A stretch of 64,000 nt of DNA from Tubiluchus corallicola (lineage: Eukaryota > Animalia > Priapulida), in assembly GCA_030141605.1 (NCBI GenBank), contig JAQGDQ010000232.1, forward strand, positions 1-64,000. Direction: 5' to 3'. The notes beneath the pieces are model-generated. The model was not told where the DNA came from and made no database searches. It saw only the letters and a list, made by a program, of their open reading frames with translations. Shown here piece after piece: positions 50,422 through 64,000 of the stretch (position 1 is the stretch's first letter; each line of letters begins with the position of its first letter). A program made the translations under genes and the position numbers.

Positions 50422-53400
50422 CTATGATGACCCCGGGATGATAACACTTTCGTCCTTTTTCGAATATGTTGATTTCACCCGCTGTATTTTCTTCTGCTCA
50501 CAGTCCATCACTAATCGATTGAGTTCAGCGGCAGAATAACCAATTAACTGCTTGAGATCGCAGACAAACTTGTAAACAAATCGATTGCCATGGACCTTGC
50601 TTATCATGTCGCCATCATAATAGTACCTGTAATCCGGAAATGACACCTCTAATCATAATTCACCGAACAGCACATGGTGGAACCACAAAAATATATTTGT
50701 CCCCATACTCACTACAGTATCTTAAATCACTAATATAAACTGTAATCACATGGTGATATTATATTAACTGTAATAACACCATTACTGCCAAATTTCTTAA
50801 CTCAGGCAAGCTGAGTGGCTACACGTTTTTGAAAAATTTATTTTGTGCTTCATTTTCTGCTAAACTTTCAACCAGCGTGTTACAACTAAGTAACAGAATG
50901 AACATCACAGATATTAACAGGAAAACAAATCGACTGCAAGAACTACAAAAAACTTGCTATCCATTGCTGTTTTAATTTGTTTTCTTTTTTACATGGTAAC
51001 ATTTACAACAAAATTTTAAATTGCTTGAAGTTTAAAGTTTTTAACTTAATAGAAATCTGGAGCTTTTGCTTAAGTCCTTATATTACAGGATAACTAAACA
51101 TGATCCTTGTGAGCATGTGAGATCTTCTGCTCTTGCTATCTCACGCTTTTGAAATAAATTATAAAATAAATTGCCACTTGCCTTAAAGATTGAAAGCCAG
51201 ATAACTTTTACCATCTTATTTAGTTTAGTGGACTTTAAAGAGTGAGATTAGCATAATCAAGTTATCTTAAAACACTGCATCAGACTAGGGACAATTAGTT
51301 CAGGGACATCTGGTACTTTAGTGAGCTTCTGAAGCTAATCCCCACAAGACTGATAAAGTTTTTAAAATAATCTTCATTTGTGTATGTTCCAAATTGTTTG
51401 CTTTTCTTACTTTAAAGTACACGTACATATATATTAATATGAAATACAGCAAATAACAAAAAAAACAACACAACATTATAACAAAAAATTTTCTTGCTTA
51501 TAAAAAAGTAAGAAAAAAATCACACCTCAAGGCTCGTGACAGCTTCTCGTAGTTCATGTTTGGTTTGTTCTTGCGCAAACCCCACAATTGAGCAACCATC
51601 TCTGGATTAGAGAGTTTAAATTCTCCATCATCACCAACCCAATGTATGCACTCCCTGGAATCCTTGTCTGTTAATAACTCTAGTAAGAACTGCCATAACT
51701 GAATTTGGCCATTGTTACCTAAAACAAATAAACATGCATATATCAAATTATGCAGGGTTAAATCAATTTTCAGGTTCAATCAGTTTAAAATATAAATTGC
51801 GAAAATTAGTTGATTAGGGCCTTGACTTTCCAAAACAACTTAGAGAACAAAACAGCATAACAAGTGCCGCAAGATGTGAGTGAGCATCAGAATGTCTTTG
51901 CTAAAATGTGAATCAAAAAAAGAAAAGCTTTCCAGGAAAATCCTGTTTGCTAGTTCAAATTAAAATTAATTAACATTATACAAAGGTTTTCTCACAGAAG
52001 TTGGGGGGTGAAGTGTCTTACAAAAACCAAATAAATCAAAGAGCATAAGTAATTAATTTTTGTTGGAGAAAACATTAGAACAAATGGTCATACCAGAAAT
52101 CAAACCGAAATGTTGGGTTAAGTGTGCCCAATCAAAAAGAAGGTAAAGTCAACAGGTTCGATGGATAATTATTGCTGTCAAATGTCAACCCAATTCAAAT
52201 AGCGCTAACAATGCATTTCATAATCCTTTAGAATTTACAAATGATATGCCTTTGAAACAAATTGCTAGAATTTTCCTTCAAAAATTTAGGGATGGCAAAA
52301 AAAATTTAAGGCACATAAATGAAATTAATGAACTCTGTTTCACAATTGCATTAAAACCTACACTTGTAAAGCACGGCAAAAAGGAAGACTTGTTTAACTC
52401 GAGTTGTTAAAAAATTAAAAACATAATAGTTTTCAATTTGTCAATTACAACATAACCACTTAAGTCGAGTACCAATAAAATGAAGAGAACTGTTAGCATT
52501 TAGAAAAGATTCAAATAATTTTAGCTCAAATTGAAAATCTGCTAACTTTTCTAAAACTGCTTTTGAAACTGATATCACGCACCAAACATATCCAAAAGCA
52601 ATCAATTTCCATATATACAAAAAACATCACAATTGTTGAAAATGTTTTATGGTTAAACTGTTAGTAGGTAATAGTTACCTGTGCGATTACCCGGTGAAGA
52701 TGTGTGATAACCAGTCTTACATAATCTCAGTTTATTTGACTGACCAACTTTACAGTACTGACGTAGTTTAGGTTCATTCACAGTGTAAACTTGCGGTTGA
52801 GCTTGTATTACAGCTAGAAAAGTTTTCCGTACAGTTAAAGATACAAAAGCTAGAAGTGCAACAATTTTTAAACTTGACTTAAGTCAGTATAAGAGAAGCA
52901 ACAAAAAAATCTGAATACGAATGTAATGAAATATAATATTCTCACGTTTTCTATATAATTTTGAGTTTACATGTCGCAAATATGTGGTCAATAATATGCA
53001 ACACTACATTCAGTCAATTTCAACCTGTTGAAATGTTTGTTTTAGGGTTTAAGTCAAACATTTACACATTTCAGTTCAGGGAACCGACGCAATGGTGAAT
53101 ACCTTACTTAAATATTCGCCAAAAATCCAAGTTAAATACAAAAAAACTTGTACCTGTGTGGCTATAATAGACCTTAAACTTTAGTATAAAATATTAGTAC
53201 AATTAATACATTTAAGCTGCAAAATTTATTCACATATGCCATCCAGTGTAGTAATCAAGTATTTTAGCTCAAGTCCAAATCGAGTCCCGTCCAAAGTCAT
53301 TAGGGTTCAAAGCACAAGTCTAAGTCAAGTCTCAAATCATTACATCCTAGTCTGAATTAAGTCTGGAGCCATTAATCCAAAATCTAAGCAAAAGTCTCGA

Positions 53401-56400
53401 GCCATTTCGCACGTCTGAGTTGAGTCCCAAGTAATGTTCATGAGGTCATGTTCAACTTTAAATTACATTTTAAGTCAAAGTAATCCAAGATTTATTCAAT
53501 TCTGAAGTCCTGTTTAACAGTATTAAGCTATTTGTTGGTTATTTTGCTTACTACCATACTAAATTTATCGAGTAATGTTTTCAATTACATCACTGTAAGA
53601 AAATTAAATTACAATTTTTTCTAAACAGAATACAAAATAAAATAGTTATTGCACATTAGATCTTTTTAAATTTCAAGTTAATGAAAACTAAGCATTCAAA
53701 AGGTGTGTTTAACTTCAAATCAAAACATCTCTAAAGGCTTACCAACAAATTTACACTTTCGTAGCAGTTCTAAATGTGTCCAGAAGATATCACCATCATC
53801 ATGTGGAACTAATGTCCTAAATTCATCATGTGTGAGCTCACACAGCTAAAAACAATCAGAAAAATTTGTCAGTCTCCAACTTACCGAAGACAAGTGGACC
53901 TAAAGATGCTAATAATGCTGAGTAAACCTCAGCTAACGTAATAATAATAATGAAAAAGTTGAGATTGTTAAAAAAGACTTGGCATTTGCAATATGTGTTT
54001 GGAATTCATCACATTTTCTTAAAGTTCTGAAAAAATGTAAATTTAATTATGCAAGACAGATATTTAGACTTTTTCAGACAGGGGACACACGGAATTTTGA
54101 TTTAAATTAATTTACAAATGTTGAGATGTGAGAACATCAGCATCTGTAAATTCATTTAAATCTAAATTAGATGGACACATCCGTTGAAATTTAATCATCG
54201 TGCTAATAACAAGGATGCTGGATCACATATTATGATGAGAAAACTTGCCAGTGCAACCGCCTAAGTGTTGATGATAATCTAATATATGTGGAATTTGTCT
54301 CAATTACAGTGGAAGTATTATTTATATCAAAAGCTATATTTATAATTACTGGAGATTTACTACTACGACAATTCTATGATCGATCTTTTCACAGAACATA
54401 TGTGCTTATACTTCACATTAAGCTTAACACAACTGTTATAAGGTAGCAAAAACTAATGAATTTGTATCGTTTGGTTTTTGTGACTATAATACTAACACCA
54501 TGATATGTTACTGCTTTACAAATCTGGCTACTGCACTGTTATGCGGTAAAAGAGTTCTCTATTTAAAACTTAGAAAAGGTAGTGTTACTGAGAAACTTAA
54601 ATTGAAAGTTAAAATTTTTTTTAATAATAGAGGTTCTTCAACAGGTTTTAGTGCAGGAGAATACCTTTTTGCCAGTCATGTTAAAATTACTTGTGTCAAC
54701 ACCAATCACACCAAACTGTTTGATGGCCCAGTTTAACCAATATTTTACATCACTCTCTGTCCACTTTTCTGGATCTGAAAGATATATAAAATAATCACTT
54801 AATTGTTAAGTAATTAAGTGGCTTGTTCTGAATCTATATAGATATATGCACCTAATATGAACAAGTTTATCCAGCATAAATGCAATTACAATTAAAATAG
54901 GATAAGTGCAAGATGATGTCGATGTTGTTTTGAAATCACTCTATTTAGAATTTAGCAATTGTGATTGTGAGACTGTTATTTCACATTTTTCTCCAGCCCA
55001 CTATGAAATCACGTGGAATTTTTGTTATAGATAATGAAATTTAACTTAGCTTCCAATACCAATTCCACACGTTATGGAAAAAACCTGGCTTCTGATCGCT
55101 TTTTTCAACACACAGTCTTTATTTTAAATTTCATCTAAAGTATCGAATAAGTTTGTTATAGAGAACAAATAAACACGTACGTAAACAAATAAAGATGCTT
55201 TAATTATTTAGTTAATTACAGGTACAAGAAAGAGTATTTAATGATATTAAGTATTCTTGGTACCTTGTGGGGTTCGCCGAATTATGAGATTATCACGAAA
55301 TTCTTCTGATACTGTCCATCGAGTGACGTTTGACGAATCTTCTGAAACTACCATCATCTTTTTGTTCTCCAAACCTTCAACTATCCAGAAAAAGAACAAA
55401 GAACATAATAAAGTAAATTAATTATGTGTTTTAATGTACACTAAAAAATTTTTGTACTTAATACGTTGTTTGCCTCAAAGAATAAATATTTCTTAATGTG
55501 ACACAAAAAAGCCCAGAACTGTCCAGCCAAGACATTCCATTTGCAAGTCTGGTTAATGAGTAGTATCAAGGAAAGGACACAGAAGCAAATTTTGCACAAA
55601 AGTGAAGAAAGATTTCTAAAACAAGAAGTTATATGACACCAGCACATTTTAGTCACTATAATGACTACTAAATAAAAAACAGGAAATTTATTTATGAAAC
55701 TACTTTCGCCTTATCTGTCTGTAACTTTTCCCCCAAAACATCCTTTGACCATCCGCTAAGTAAAAGTATTAGCAAACTAATTTGTAAAGCTAATGACGCA
55801 CCAGCTTGAGTAATGGCACCAGCTGGAATTTCTATTTCATCTTCTGCCGGTTTTAATACATCGACGATATTTATTCTTGGCTTTTCACCTGAAAAAATTA
55901 TAGGAAAATAAGAAAATTTTACAGTTTAACATTTATGAAACAATTTACATTTGTGCAATATTCTACAGTAAATATAGACTTAAATGCTGGACATGCACAG
56001 ACAGAAACCCATAACCAGCAATAACGATCAATACTTCAAAAGTGTGTTGCTCAAGAGGGGTTTCTGCTTAACAATCAAATGCAGAGTTTACTCAACAAAT
56101 ACAATAGAATTTGTATTAAAACATGGCACCCATTGTTGCCTGACAATTTGCAGGAGACTAGCAGGCACAGCTTGCTTAAATATGACTGCCAACAAACACA
56201 ACTTGTGTTGAACAAGTGCGAACTGTGAAAACTGTTAAAACCAAATCATGAAGCAAAGGTAAAAACACGGCTTTCTACATACGAAATGAAAAACAAGACA
56301 GCAGTGAAAGGCATAAATCCATTACGACTTTCAAGCAACTCCTACAGATTAAAAATGCTTCAAAATAGCATTTAAATGAGTGTAGTTTGTTCTACATCAA

Positions 56401-58153
56401 ACCAAGAAACTTGTATGACTCATTAATAGCTATCTTTCGCACTAAAAAATAAATATGGCTAACGTTTTTAAATATAATGCAACTACAATTGTCAGCAAAT
56501 TGGTGTCTTATAGTGACAGTGGTGATCAATAGTTACTGGAAGTTTCAAGATAAAACTGTGATGAGCATGCAAAAAAATTAAAATTGTAAGCTCTAAGGGC
56601 AAAAAGTGGAGTTAGCTCAGCAACAGTTACTTTAATGTCCAGAAACAAATGTACAAGTGCTCACCTATTGGCTGTATAAGTTCCACATTAATCTGGACCA
56701 TTCCTTCACCTTGGACGCACTGATTCACTAAATTCTTGTCAGCATCCAACTGAAATTACATTCAATTTTATATTTTATTAAATTCTGCTTCGTGTATTTT
56801 GCTTATAGGTTTATCTACACAAAAAGTAATGTACTTTCATACCTGCTGTTCATTTTGCAAAAAGAATTCGTAGTCGGTAAGCGATATACCAAGACGATCT
56901 TCTAAGCTAGTTCGTAGTGAATTTAATGGCTCTGTAATGTCCATCTGCTGTGCGATTACACTAGCAACATTTGGTTCTCTACACGAATATTGAAAATATT
57001 GAAAATTTTCTATAAGTGCAACATACTAAATTGATAAGCAAAAATGTGTTGGAATATCAAAAGTGGTGATACAAGTGGATCAATTTGGATGTGCCAGAAG
57101 TGAACAAAATTCCACTGTGCATAATTTTAGCGTTTACACATATGAACTGACAGGTAAGTAAAGCTGGATATCATAAAAATTTCGCACCACGGTATGCTGC
57201 AATATGTCAAAACGAATATAATGTAGTAAAATCAGCAGCTATACAAAATTATGTAAATAAATAATATTGAAGTATTAATATTAATGTAATAAATTAGTTA
57301 ATGTAATATACTTATTGTATCAGTGATCTTGAAATAATTGGGGAACAGTAAATCAGTAACGTAAGAATCTATAAAAGTCTTTGCATTTAAATTTATGGCC
57401 AAGCTTATGGAAACCAAATTCTAATCACCACTCATTAATCTCTCCCTTCTAAGTTTCACCACTGTTGAATTGATTCAGCTTAATGAGTGCATAATTCATG
57501 GGTAAATGCACATAAACAAAAAAAAAACATTAAACTACAAGATATTGACCCGAGATACTTAATCTGTTAGCCTGCAGTCTACAGTGAAACCACATAAGCA
57601 GTAAACACACATAATTTTATGAATTAGTTTTGAACATCTACGGGCAGATTTCTAACTGCTAGTAATAAAATGAAAAAGTGTAATTTATAACACTCCTCAG
57701 TGGTGTACGTGTATCGGTTCAAACTGTTTGACTAAAGGACCGTAGTATACCGGCATATCGACTCAACCTTACAGGTAAGATGTGAAACTAATAAAGAACA
57801 AAAAATTAGTACGTGAATTTCTAAATCAAACCTATGTAACTGGATCTATAAAACGTAGCATTATCTATAGCATCCTCGGTGTTCACAATTGAATACTTTT
57901 AAAAAATCATCAGCAATATTTTCAATTTTAACTTATCCAAGTATTAAGTATGTATACACTTGCTTACTGTTTCAAAAACTGAAACAAAGTGTACGGTTTA
58001 ACTGTTCAATATTCTATTAATATTAGTTGTTACTGACCCAACCAATAAATCTTGTGATTCTGGTTCCTCAATGCGTAAGTGTTTTTCACCCAATTCTTCA
58101 TTATTAGCATCTTCATCTTCTGCAATGTCATCAGTGTCTAATTCTCGTTTCAT
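50422..58153 (-). CDS. GABPA: GA-binding protein alpha (GABPA / Ets97D orthologue), ETS transcription factor
   Basis: Exons (minus strand): 58153-58038, 56978-56843, 56749-56665, 55888-55802, 55380-55264, 54774-54665, 53845-53743, 52813-52679, 51718-51526, 50626-50422. Domains: OST (QQMDITEPL...[17 protein letters not shown]), PNT ([21 protein letters not shown]...[11 protein letters not shown]), ETS ([23 protein letters not shown]...[22 protein letters not shown]), and the GABPB-binding tail ([19 protein letters not shown]). Confidence 0.96.
53243..53440. repeat. Cluster of caagtc/gagtc short repeats, probable DNA-transposon subterminal array
   Basis: caagtcc, gagtcc, caagtctaagtcaagtct, aagtctcgag and gagtcccaagt follow ccagtgtagt. 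Confidence 0.45.
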
Positions 58154-60144
58154 TTTTAAGTCAATTATCTGAAAACATAAGCATTATCTTAGGCTCGTTG
58201 TCACACAAACAAAGGTGTAAGAAGCAAGCCAAAACCAATAATCAGTAAGCCGATTTCCGAGTTTTGCTATTCATTTTTTGAGCTTTGGCAATTATAAAAG
58301 ATTGCATACTCCAGAAATGGACAGGATGGATAAATCTCTCCGTGGCAAAAAACAGTGGCAAAGCGATTGATTATTAGGTTGAGGTAAATACTACACAATT
58401 CCAGTATAATTCGCTTAATAAATCCATGGATAATAAATCTAGCCACTTTAATAATGTGGCTGCTATTGCTGGAACTAAACTATATGATACTTTAACCTAG
58501 TAAAATATGCTGCCTATTGATACCAAACTTCACATTATAAATTCACTTTGTGGGTTGCAAAGACAACAAAGTTCTGATGTAAGACCACATAATTGTCGAA
58601 CATTTCAACTTGAGCTAGATCACCATCTTTGTTTTAAGGACCTCTGCATTTTTTCCACTTAATGATCTTCGACAACAAGACGGCGGTGGCAACGACAACA
58701 AACCAGAAATTACTTTATCAGCTGTTGAAATGTGATGTGCTGGAAACACTGCACCGTGGAATGTAGGACACTGATCATTAAAAATGTGCCATTTTACCGA
58801 ACTCAAGCAAGACATTGAAATACATCTTCAAAAAAATCCACTGAAACAGACCACACTCGACATGTTTTGACTTTAAACTTATCTGCATCCTACTCAGTTG
58901 TCTTGCTTACTTGTTTGCATACATAATTAGCTTAAAATAATAATACGCTAATTCTTGCTGATAAACAGTTGTGTATGAGCATGATAATGACATAAAAAAA
59001 TGAAGGCTGAATCAATGCTGATATAAAAGTTACATTATTGCATTACTCTTATCACATGTAAAGGCATCATAAATATACTGCTTACGTAAAATACGTAAAT
59101 GCATCATAAAATACGTATTGTATGCAAGTTGCTTTAATTATACGATGGCTAACAAATTATAGCAGTTTACGAAGTGCCAAGAGTCTTGGCTTCATAAATA
59201 TATGATACGTACTATATAACATAAAAAAACACTACTTAATAAATCTCTTTGGTCTATAAATCTAACCATTTAATAAAACGATGTAGCTTCACACCAAGTT
59301 ACATTTATTAAGTGGAGTACACTGTATATAGAAAGTTTTAAGGAAATTGTCCCCACCACTTTCAATATCCATCATATACACTAATAAAGCTCAGTAGCTA
59401 ACGAGATATGCAAACGTGTTTAAGAAGTAACGGTGTATTTCATTAGCAGCTTAAGTGATAAAAATACAGCAAGCTAGAACTATACACTACAACAATGTTG
59501 TTGGAATTATAGTAAAAAAAAGCTTAGATGTAAGCCACACATTTATGGAAAAACTCAAGTTTCATGTTCAAGTATAAGAGTTCTAGTTAATGTGTTCAGT
59601 ATATATATATTGTTCTCAAAAGTTTGTATTAATTACAAATTTCGTCTATGAATATTTCATTTTTTACTCATTACAGAAAAATAAAATTCTTTTGGTTCTT
59701 AAAAATTTTGACATTTATTAACTTAATGGACTAACATAAATCATAATAATCTGTATGCAATTGCCATATTAGTGCCATTGTTAAAAAATGTTTTTTAATG
59801 TTTGTGATAATGTACGTTACAAATTCTTATGATATGAATGAATTATATGCAGTAAAAAGCATAATTACACTAATTATAGCATTAGCGATAAGTAAAAGTG
59901 CCTTATGACAAATGAAATTAATAGTAAAATTCATTTTGCAATAATGAAGCATTACGAACTGCTCAAAACGGCTTGAGAGGCCACGTACCACAGATTATAG
60001 CTCTGGATTATACGTGTGACGAGGTCATTGGTGAGAGAATGTTAATTTTTTACGAGGCAGCTTTTTCTCCGCACAGCTTACACCTAGTTTGTTTATGAAA
60101 ATTAAAAGGCCTAGTTTTCTTTCAAGTGTATATACGATACTTAC

Positions 60145-60430
60145 TTTTTCCAAAATTTGTTTTGACGACAGTGAATGCGTGGTTGTACTGCTCACTGCAT
60201 CTAAAGTTTTGACATTCCCGAAAATACAAGTACGATAGAATACAGGATAAGCTGTGTAACACCGCTAACAATTAATTTATAATAATGACTTCCTCGTTTT
60301 ACCGCGTATATATGAAAACCAGTATTCTAGCAATTATTCCAACAAACAGAAAGAGTTTGCGGAAGTTGCGATGTAAATATAAACAATATAATTCAATGGC
60401 GGCCGGATGCTGTTTACCGGAAGTTTCAAC
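60145..60430 (-). promoter_or_regulatory. Likely GABPA non-coding exon 1 and core promoter
   Basis: Minus-strand GTAAGT donor at 60144; acceptor 15 nt upstream of the ATG at 58153; ETS motifs at 60288, 60359, 60403 and 60416 (ACCGGAAGT); YY1-like AATGGCGGC at 60395. Confidence 0.65.
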
Positions 60431-60493
60431 AAAGTTAGCCTCTCATTCCTGAGCTCGTCGGGGTTACTATTATCGTTATTAAATATTGCGTTC

Positions 60494-60859
60494 TCATCAT
60501 CATCATCCAATGAATCACACGTCCATTAACATGATTCTGCTCACCTCCCTAGGCCAGGACTCCCTGCTCGCCGCAATACCCCAAGTACATTTATTTCTAA
60601 GGATCAATGCTGAAGTGTTTAAATCTTTCTGTGCAAAATCTAAATATGTTAACATTTGTCCTCCTGCAGGTTTTTTAGCTGGTTCTATGGCTTGTTGAAG
60701 AGCTATCTTCACTTTAATATCATCAGGTAGTCTAAGCATATGCCCAATAAATCTTAAACGGCACTTTTTTATTTTTCTTGTCCAAGGTTCTTCTTTTATT
60801 TTTTCATATAGATATTTGTTTGAAATTTTCTTCGGCCATCTAATATTGCATTCTTGCAT
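60494..60859 (-). mobile_element. 5'-truncated RTE-like non-LTR retrotransposon 3' fragment
   Basis: IRWPKKISNKYLYEK...IKKCRLRFIGHMLRLP...W..AASRESW matches the post-RT C-terminus of RTE-clade ORFs; ends in a (GAT)n tail at ~60494-60508. Confidence 0.8.
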
Positions 60860-61129
60860 AATTGTATTTGTTATATTTTGAAATTATTCTTGCACTTTAA
60901 TTTTTTTCAATTTTAATTTTTTGCCATGATACACTATTGTATTTGTGCAATAAAATGAAATTGAATTGAATTGTTATGACGTTAATTAACCTTTATGGCC
61001 ACAGTTAGTCGGCTACCTCAGTAAGGTAACTAGAGTTACAGCCACTTTGTAGAAGAACAGGTCCACTTCAATGAACAGATATTTTAGCCTTTTAAGATTG
61101 GCATTATTAAATTTGTTGTAACTTATAAG

Positions 61130-61466
61130 AACAGCTACGGCGACGAAGAAAGCAACGATTGTAAAGATAACTATGATAACATTAATGATTGTGAAACAAT
61201 GTATAAGTGGCAACATAATCAGCAACCGTAGAAACGACAAGAATGGTGCTGACAATAACATCAACATGACTATTACAATGATAACAGTAGCAGCAATAGC
61301 AGCAACAACAATAACATTAATAGCAACAACAACAATGACAATGAGGATGATGACAATAATGACGACAACAACAACAACCTCAACATCAACAACAACAACA
61401 TCAGCAGCAGCAACAACAAAACAGCAACAATAACAACAACAAAACAGCAGCAACAACAACAACATA
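61130..61466. repeat. (CAA/CAG/GAT)n degenerate trinucleotide tract
   Basis: aacaacaacaac / cagcagcaac runs. Confidence 0.9.
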
Positions 61467-62994
61467 ACTTTGCCTGAAAAGCTTCTTGAGATACTTTAAA
61501 ATTCATTTTTCTTCCCTTCAACTGCAGCAAAGACCACAGTCACATTAACCAGCTGTATAAAAAGAGCAGCATTTAAATCAAATCCCACATAATTTAGAAT
61601 CTAACCAACCCTGGCCTCACCAATCCTGTTATAGTTCATTACCTCTCTTCCCACTCCCCAGATTGCAAAACTGCTCTACTTGGTCTATCTGAAACAATAG
61701 GGTGAAATCATGTAATTTATTGGAAGAATCAGTTGTGTTGGAAAAATTACTTTCGAAACTGGCCCTGATTAGAGACTAAAAGGACCGAAAAGCTCACTGG
61801 CTAAGAAGGCCACCAGATTTTCTACTAAGGTGTTTCTTGACCTGGACCAAATGGCAAAGTATAGTTTTAGGTCACTTAGTGAAATAGCTCATATGGTTTC
61901 AAGCATATGCTTTTCACCAAGTGATGGTACATAATTAGTAAGACCACATTTTGTGGGAGTTCCTGCACAAAATTGTTGAAATGGAGTCTAGCTTAATTTC
62001 TGAGGAGCTTTTTGCAGCAAAAATGTTGCTCACCTATATGAGTTGATAAATCGTACATGTCTAATATTCATACTTAGACTGAGCAGTGGTTTGCAAAACC
62101 GTTCAATATGCAGTAACTGTACAAGTCATCATTGAGTCAATTTTACGTAAAATCCACACGGCATGTCACATGGTAAGCAATGCACAATGTAATCATTATA
62201 AACAAATAAATGTGTCACCGAAATTGTATCATTTATTTTAGTTTGTTTAATTGTTTTGGTGTTTAACCATAATCGTGTAATCATAATCATAAACCATAAC
62301 CGTGTAATTATAATGAGCATTATAAACAGCTAGAATTAATAGCCTATAATTGAAAGTCGTTATGTGCAGACATGTACGTGCGTCGAAAAATTACCAGGCA
62401 AAATCACAGGTGACTATGATTGGAGTACATGCTCGTCTTGGATTAAAATGCAAGCATTTATAAACTTTATAAAACAAGTTAACTTCATTCAAAATTAAAA
62501 GATTAAAAAACAATTCATAAACTATTTAGATTTAGCCAATCATTGGTTAACAAAATACAGTAGTAACATGGTATGTAGGCTTACCCCTGCAAAATTATTA
62601 GACATTGCTGTTTGATTATTATAATTAATTCTGTAATTCTGATTTTATTTCAAAATAATGATATAGGTAAAAATTACTCAGCAGTACAATGAAAAAACCG
62701 GTGAAAAGTTTGTGTTGGATAAGAATGTTTTATACCCAATTTATTGACTGCTTACCTTGATACAAAAAATTTTGAGGCCTGGAACTGAAGCGAACTAAAC
62801 TAGAACTGTAGTTGCTAATGGTTTAAAGGCCTTGCTCTCTACAAAGATTACTTGTCTTTCCTTATAATGTTTGCATTAATTTTGGTCAAACGTTTGATGT
62901 TTTGGACTCTGACCCGTCTTTTCTTGATTTTTTTAGTTCTTTAGAAAGTAAATTGAGAAAAAGTATGTAGCTCCTGAAGAGCCATGCTAAGAAA

Positions 62995-63195
62995 AATTAC
63001 TAATTCCTGACCACAAATTATTATATCGTGGCCACCAATTATTGTTCCGTGGGCACTTGTAATTATTAATCCGTGCGTACAAACTACAATATATAAATCT
63101 GTGTCCACCAATTATATTTTTTCATAGCCACAAATTATTAATCTGTGCGCACGATATACTAATTCGTCGCCACGACATATGATATTGTGCGCGGG
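62995..63195. repeat. ~22 bp degenerate minisatellite
   Basis: Repeating attattaatc(c/t)gtg(g/c)(c/g)cacaa-like unit, about 8 copies. Confidence 0.75.
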
Positions 63196-64000
63196 TTGTA
63201 TCTGCTGAAACAGAGAATATGCCGAACAAGCATTAACTTAACAACTGTTCAGTGTAAATAATAGCAAATTGTTTAATGGGTTTTAATAGCAAAAATTAAG
63301 TGTAAAATGCCGTAACTTGGTTTCCATTCCCGCTGAGCCACATTTTACACACTATTACAATAGAAAGTAGTAGATATGGAAGCCACGAGTTAGGTAGTTG
63401 AGCTGAGACTGATGCAAAATTAAACTGTAATTTAGGATAAAAACAATACATTGTTATAAAATGCAGAAATGAGAATTAATGAATAGAATTTATTGGGGTT
63501 CTATCCATGCATGGAGAGCATGTTTTATAGTTGACGAGAATAGGGTTGCCACCACTCCTGATTTGGCCCAAAGTCTGGTGACATTCAGCCATACATACGT
63601 AGTTAGGTTGGATTTTTGAAAAATTCTGAAATCTCCTGATTTTGATCATCACATTGAAATTTAAGTAGAAAAAATGTAACATGAGAACGTTTTATCAACT
63701 GGAGAATTTTCTCTAAACATGGAAAAAGGAATGAATCATTGCGGTCTGACTGTCTGCTGTGAATTTAATTGAGCAAAGAAGTTCACTTAATAACATTCAC
63801 ACACAGTCATTATGTCCATGTTCACTTAGTTTATGGTTTGTAACTGCAGGCTTATGTAATTATGTAAGAGTGTGCTTTAAAGTGGTTTGCAAAATGCAAC
63901 CCATTTGCAACAATTGATAAAAATAATGAAAAAATGGATAGTTATACCTAAAAAGGTGTACTTCATTCGTGCTTCTGGCTCTTCTAGCACCATCTAACGC

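Noticed and set aside
57690-57790. Possible extra GABPA exon
   Set aside because: Stops occur in all three frames after the acceptor-like site, and the flanking exons already join in phase.
61013-61530. Hydrophobic or Thr-rich ORFs of 85-150 aa
   Set aside because: Artefacts of the CAA/CAG trinucleotide tract.
60430-64000. Divergent ATP5PF gene expected from the mammalian arrangement
   Set aside because: No recognisable ATP5PF coding exon was seen; the region is repeats and TE debris.

Overview
AT-rich, intron-rich animal (invertebrate-like) genomic DNA; the species cannot be determined from the sequence. Five protein-coding genes were reconstructed by hand from splice sites and reading frames. 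(1) An intronless GT10 alpha-1,3-fucosyltransferase (+, ~3776-5143). (2) TAF2 (+, 6977-27105); its N-terminal exons were not found in the window, and it contains a U12-type intron. (3) MRPL39 (-, 28498-37555). (4) CFAP45 (+, 37877-48015), head-to-head with MRPL39. (5) GABPA/Ets97D (-, 50422-58153). Introns carry hAT and pogo/Tigger-type MITEs, LINE remnants and microsatellites. The most notable observations are: a ~1.2 kb duplicate of an internal TAF2 segment, including an intact exon, placed directly in front of the fucosyltransferase; a Penelope-type minimal hammerhead ribozyme with a U3-A8 core, antisense inside the TAF2 U12 intron; MRPL39-GABPA linkage like that on human chr21; and an ETS/YY1 cluster at the GABPA 5' end. 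I found no wholly new multi-gene system. All assignments come from motif recognition without database searches.
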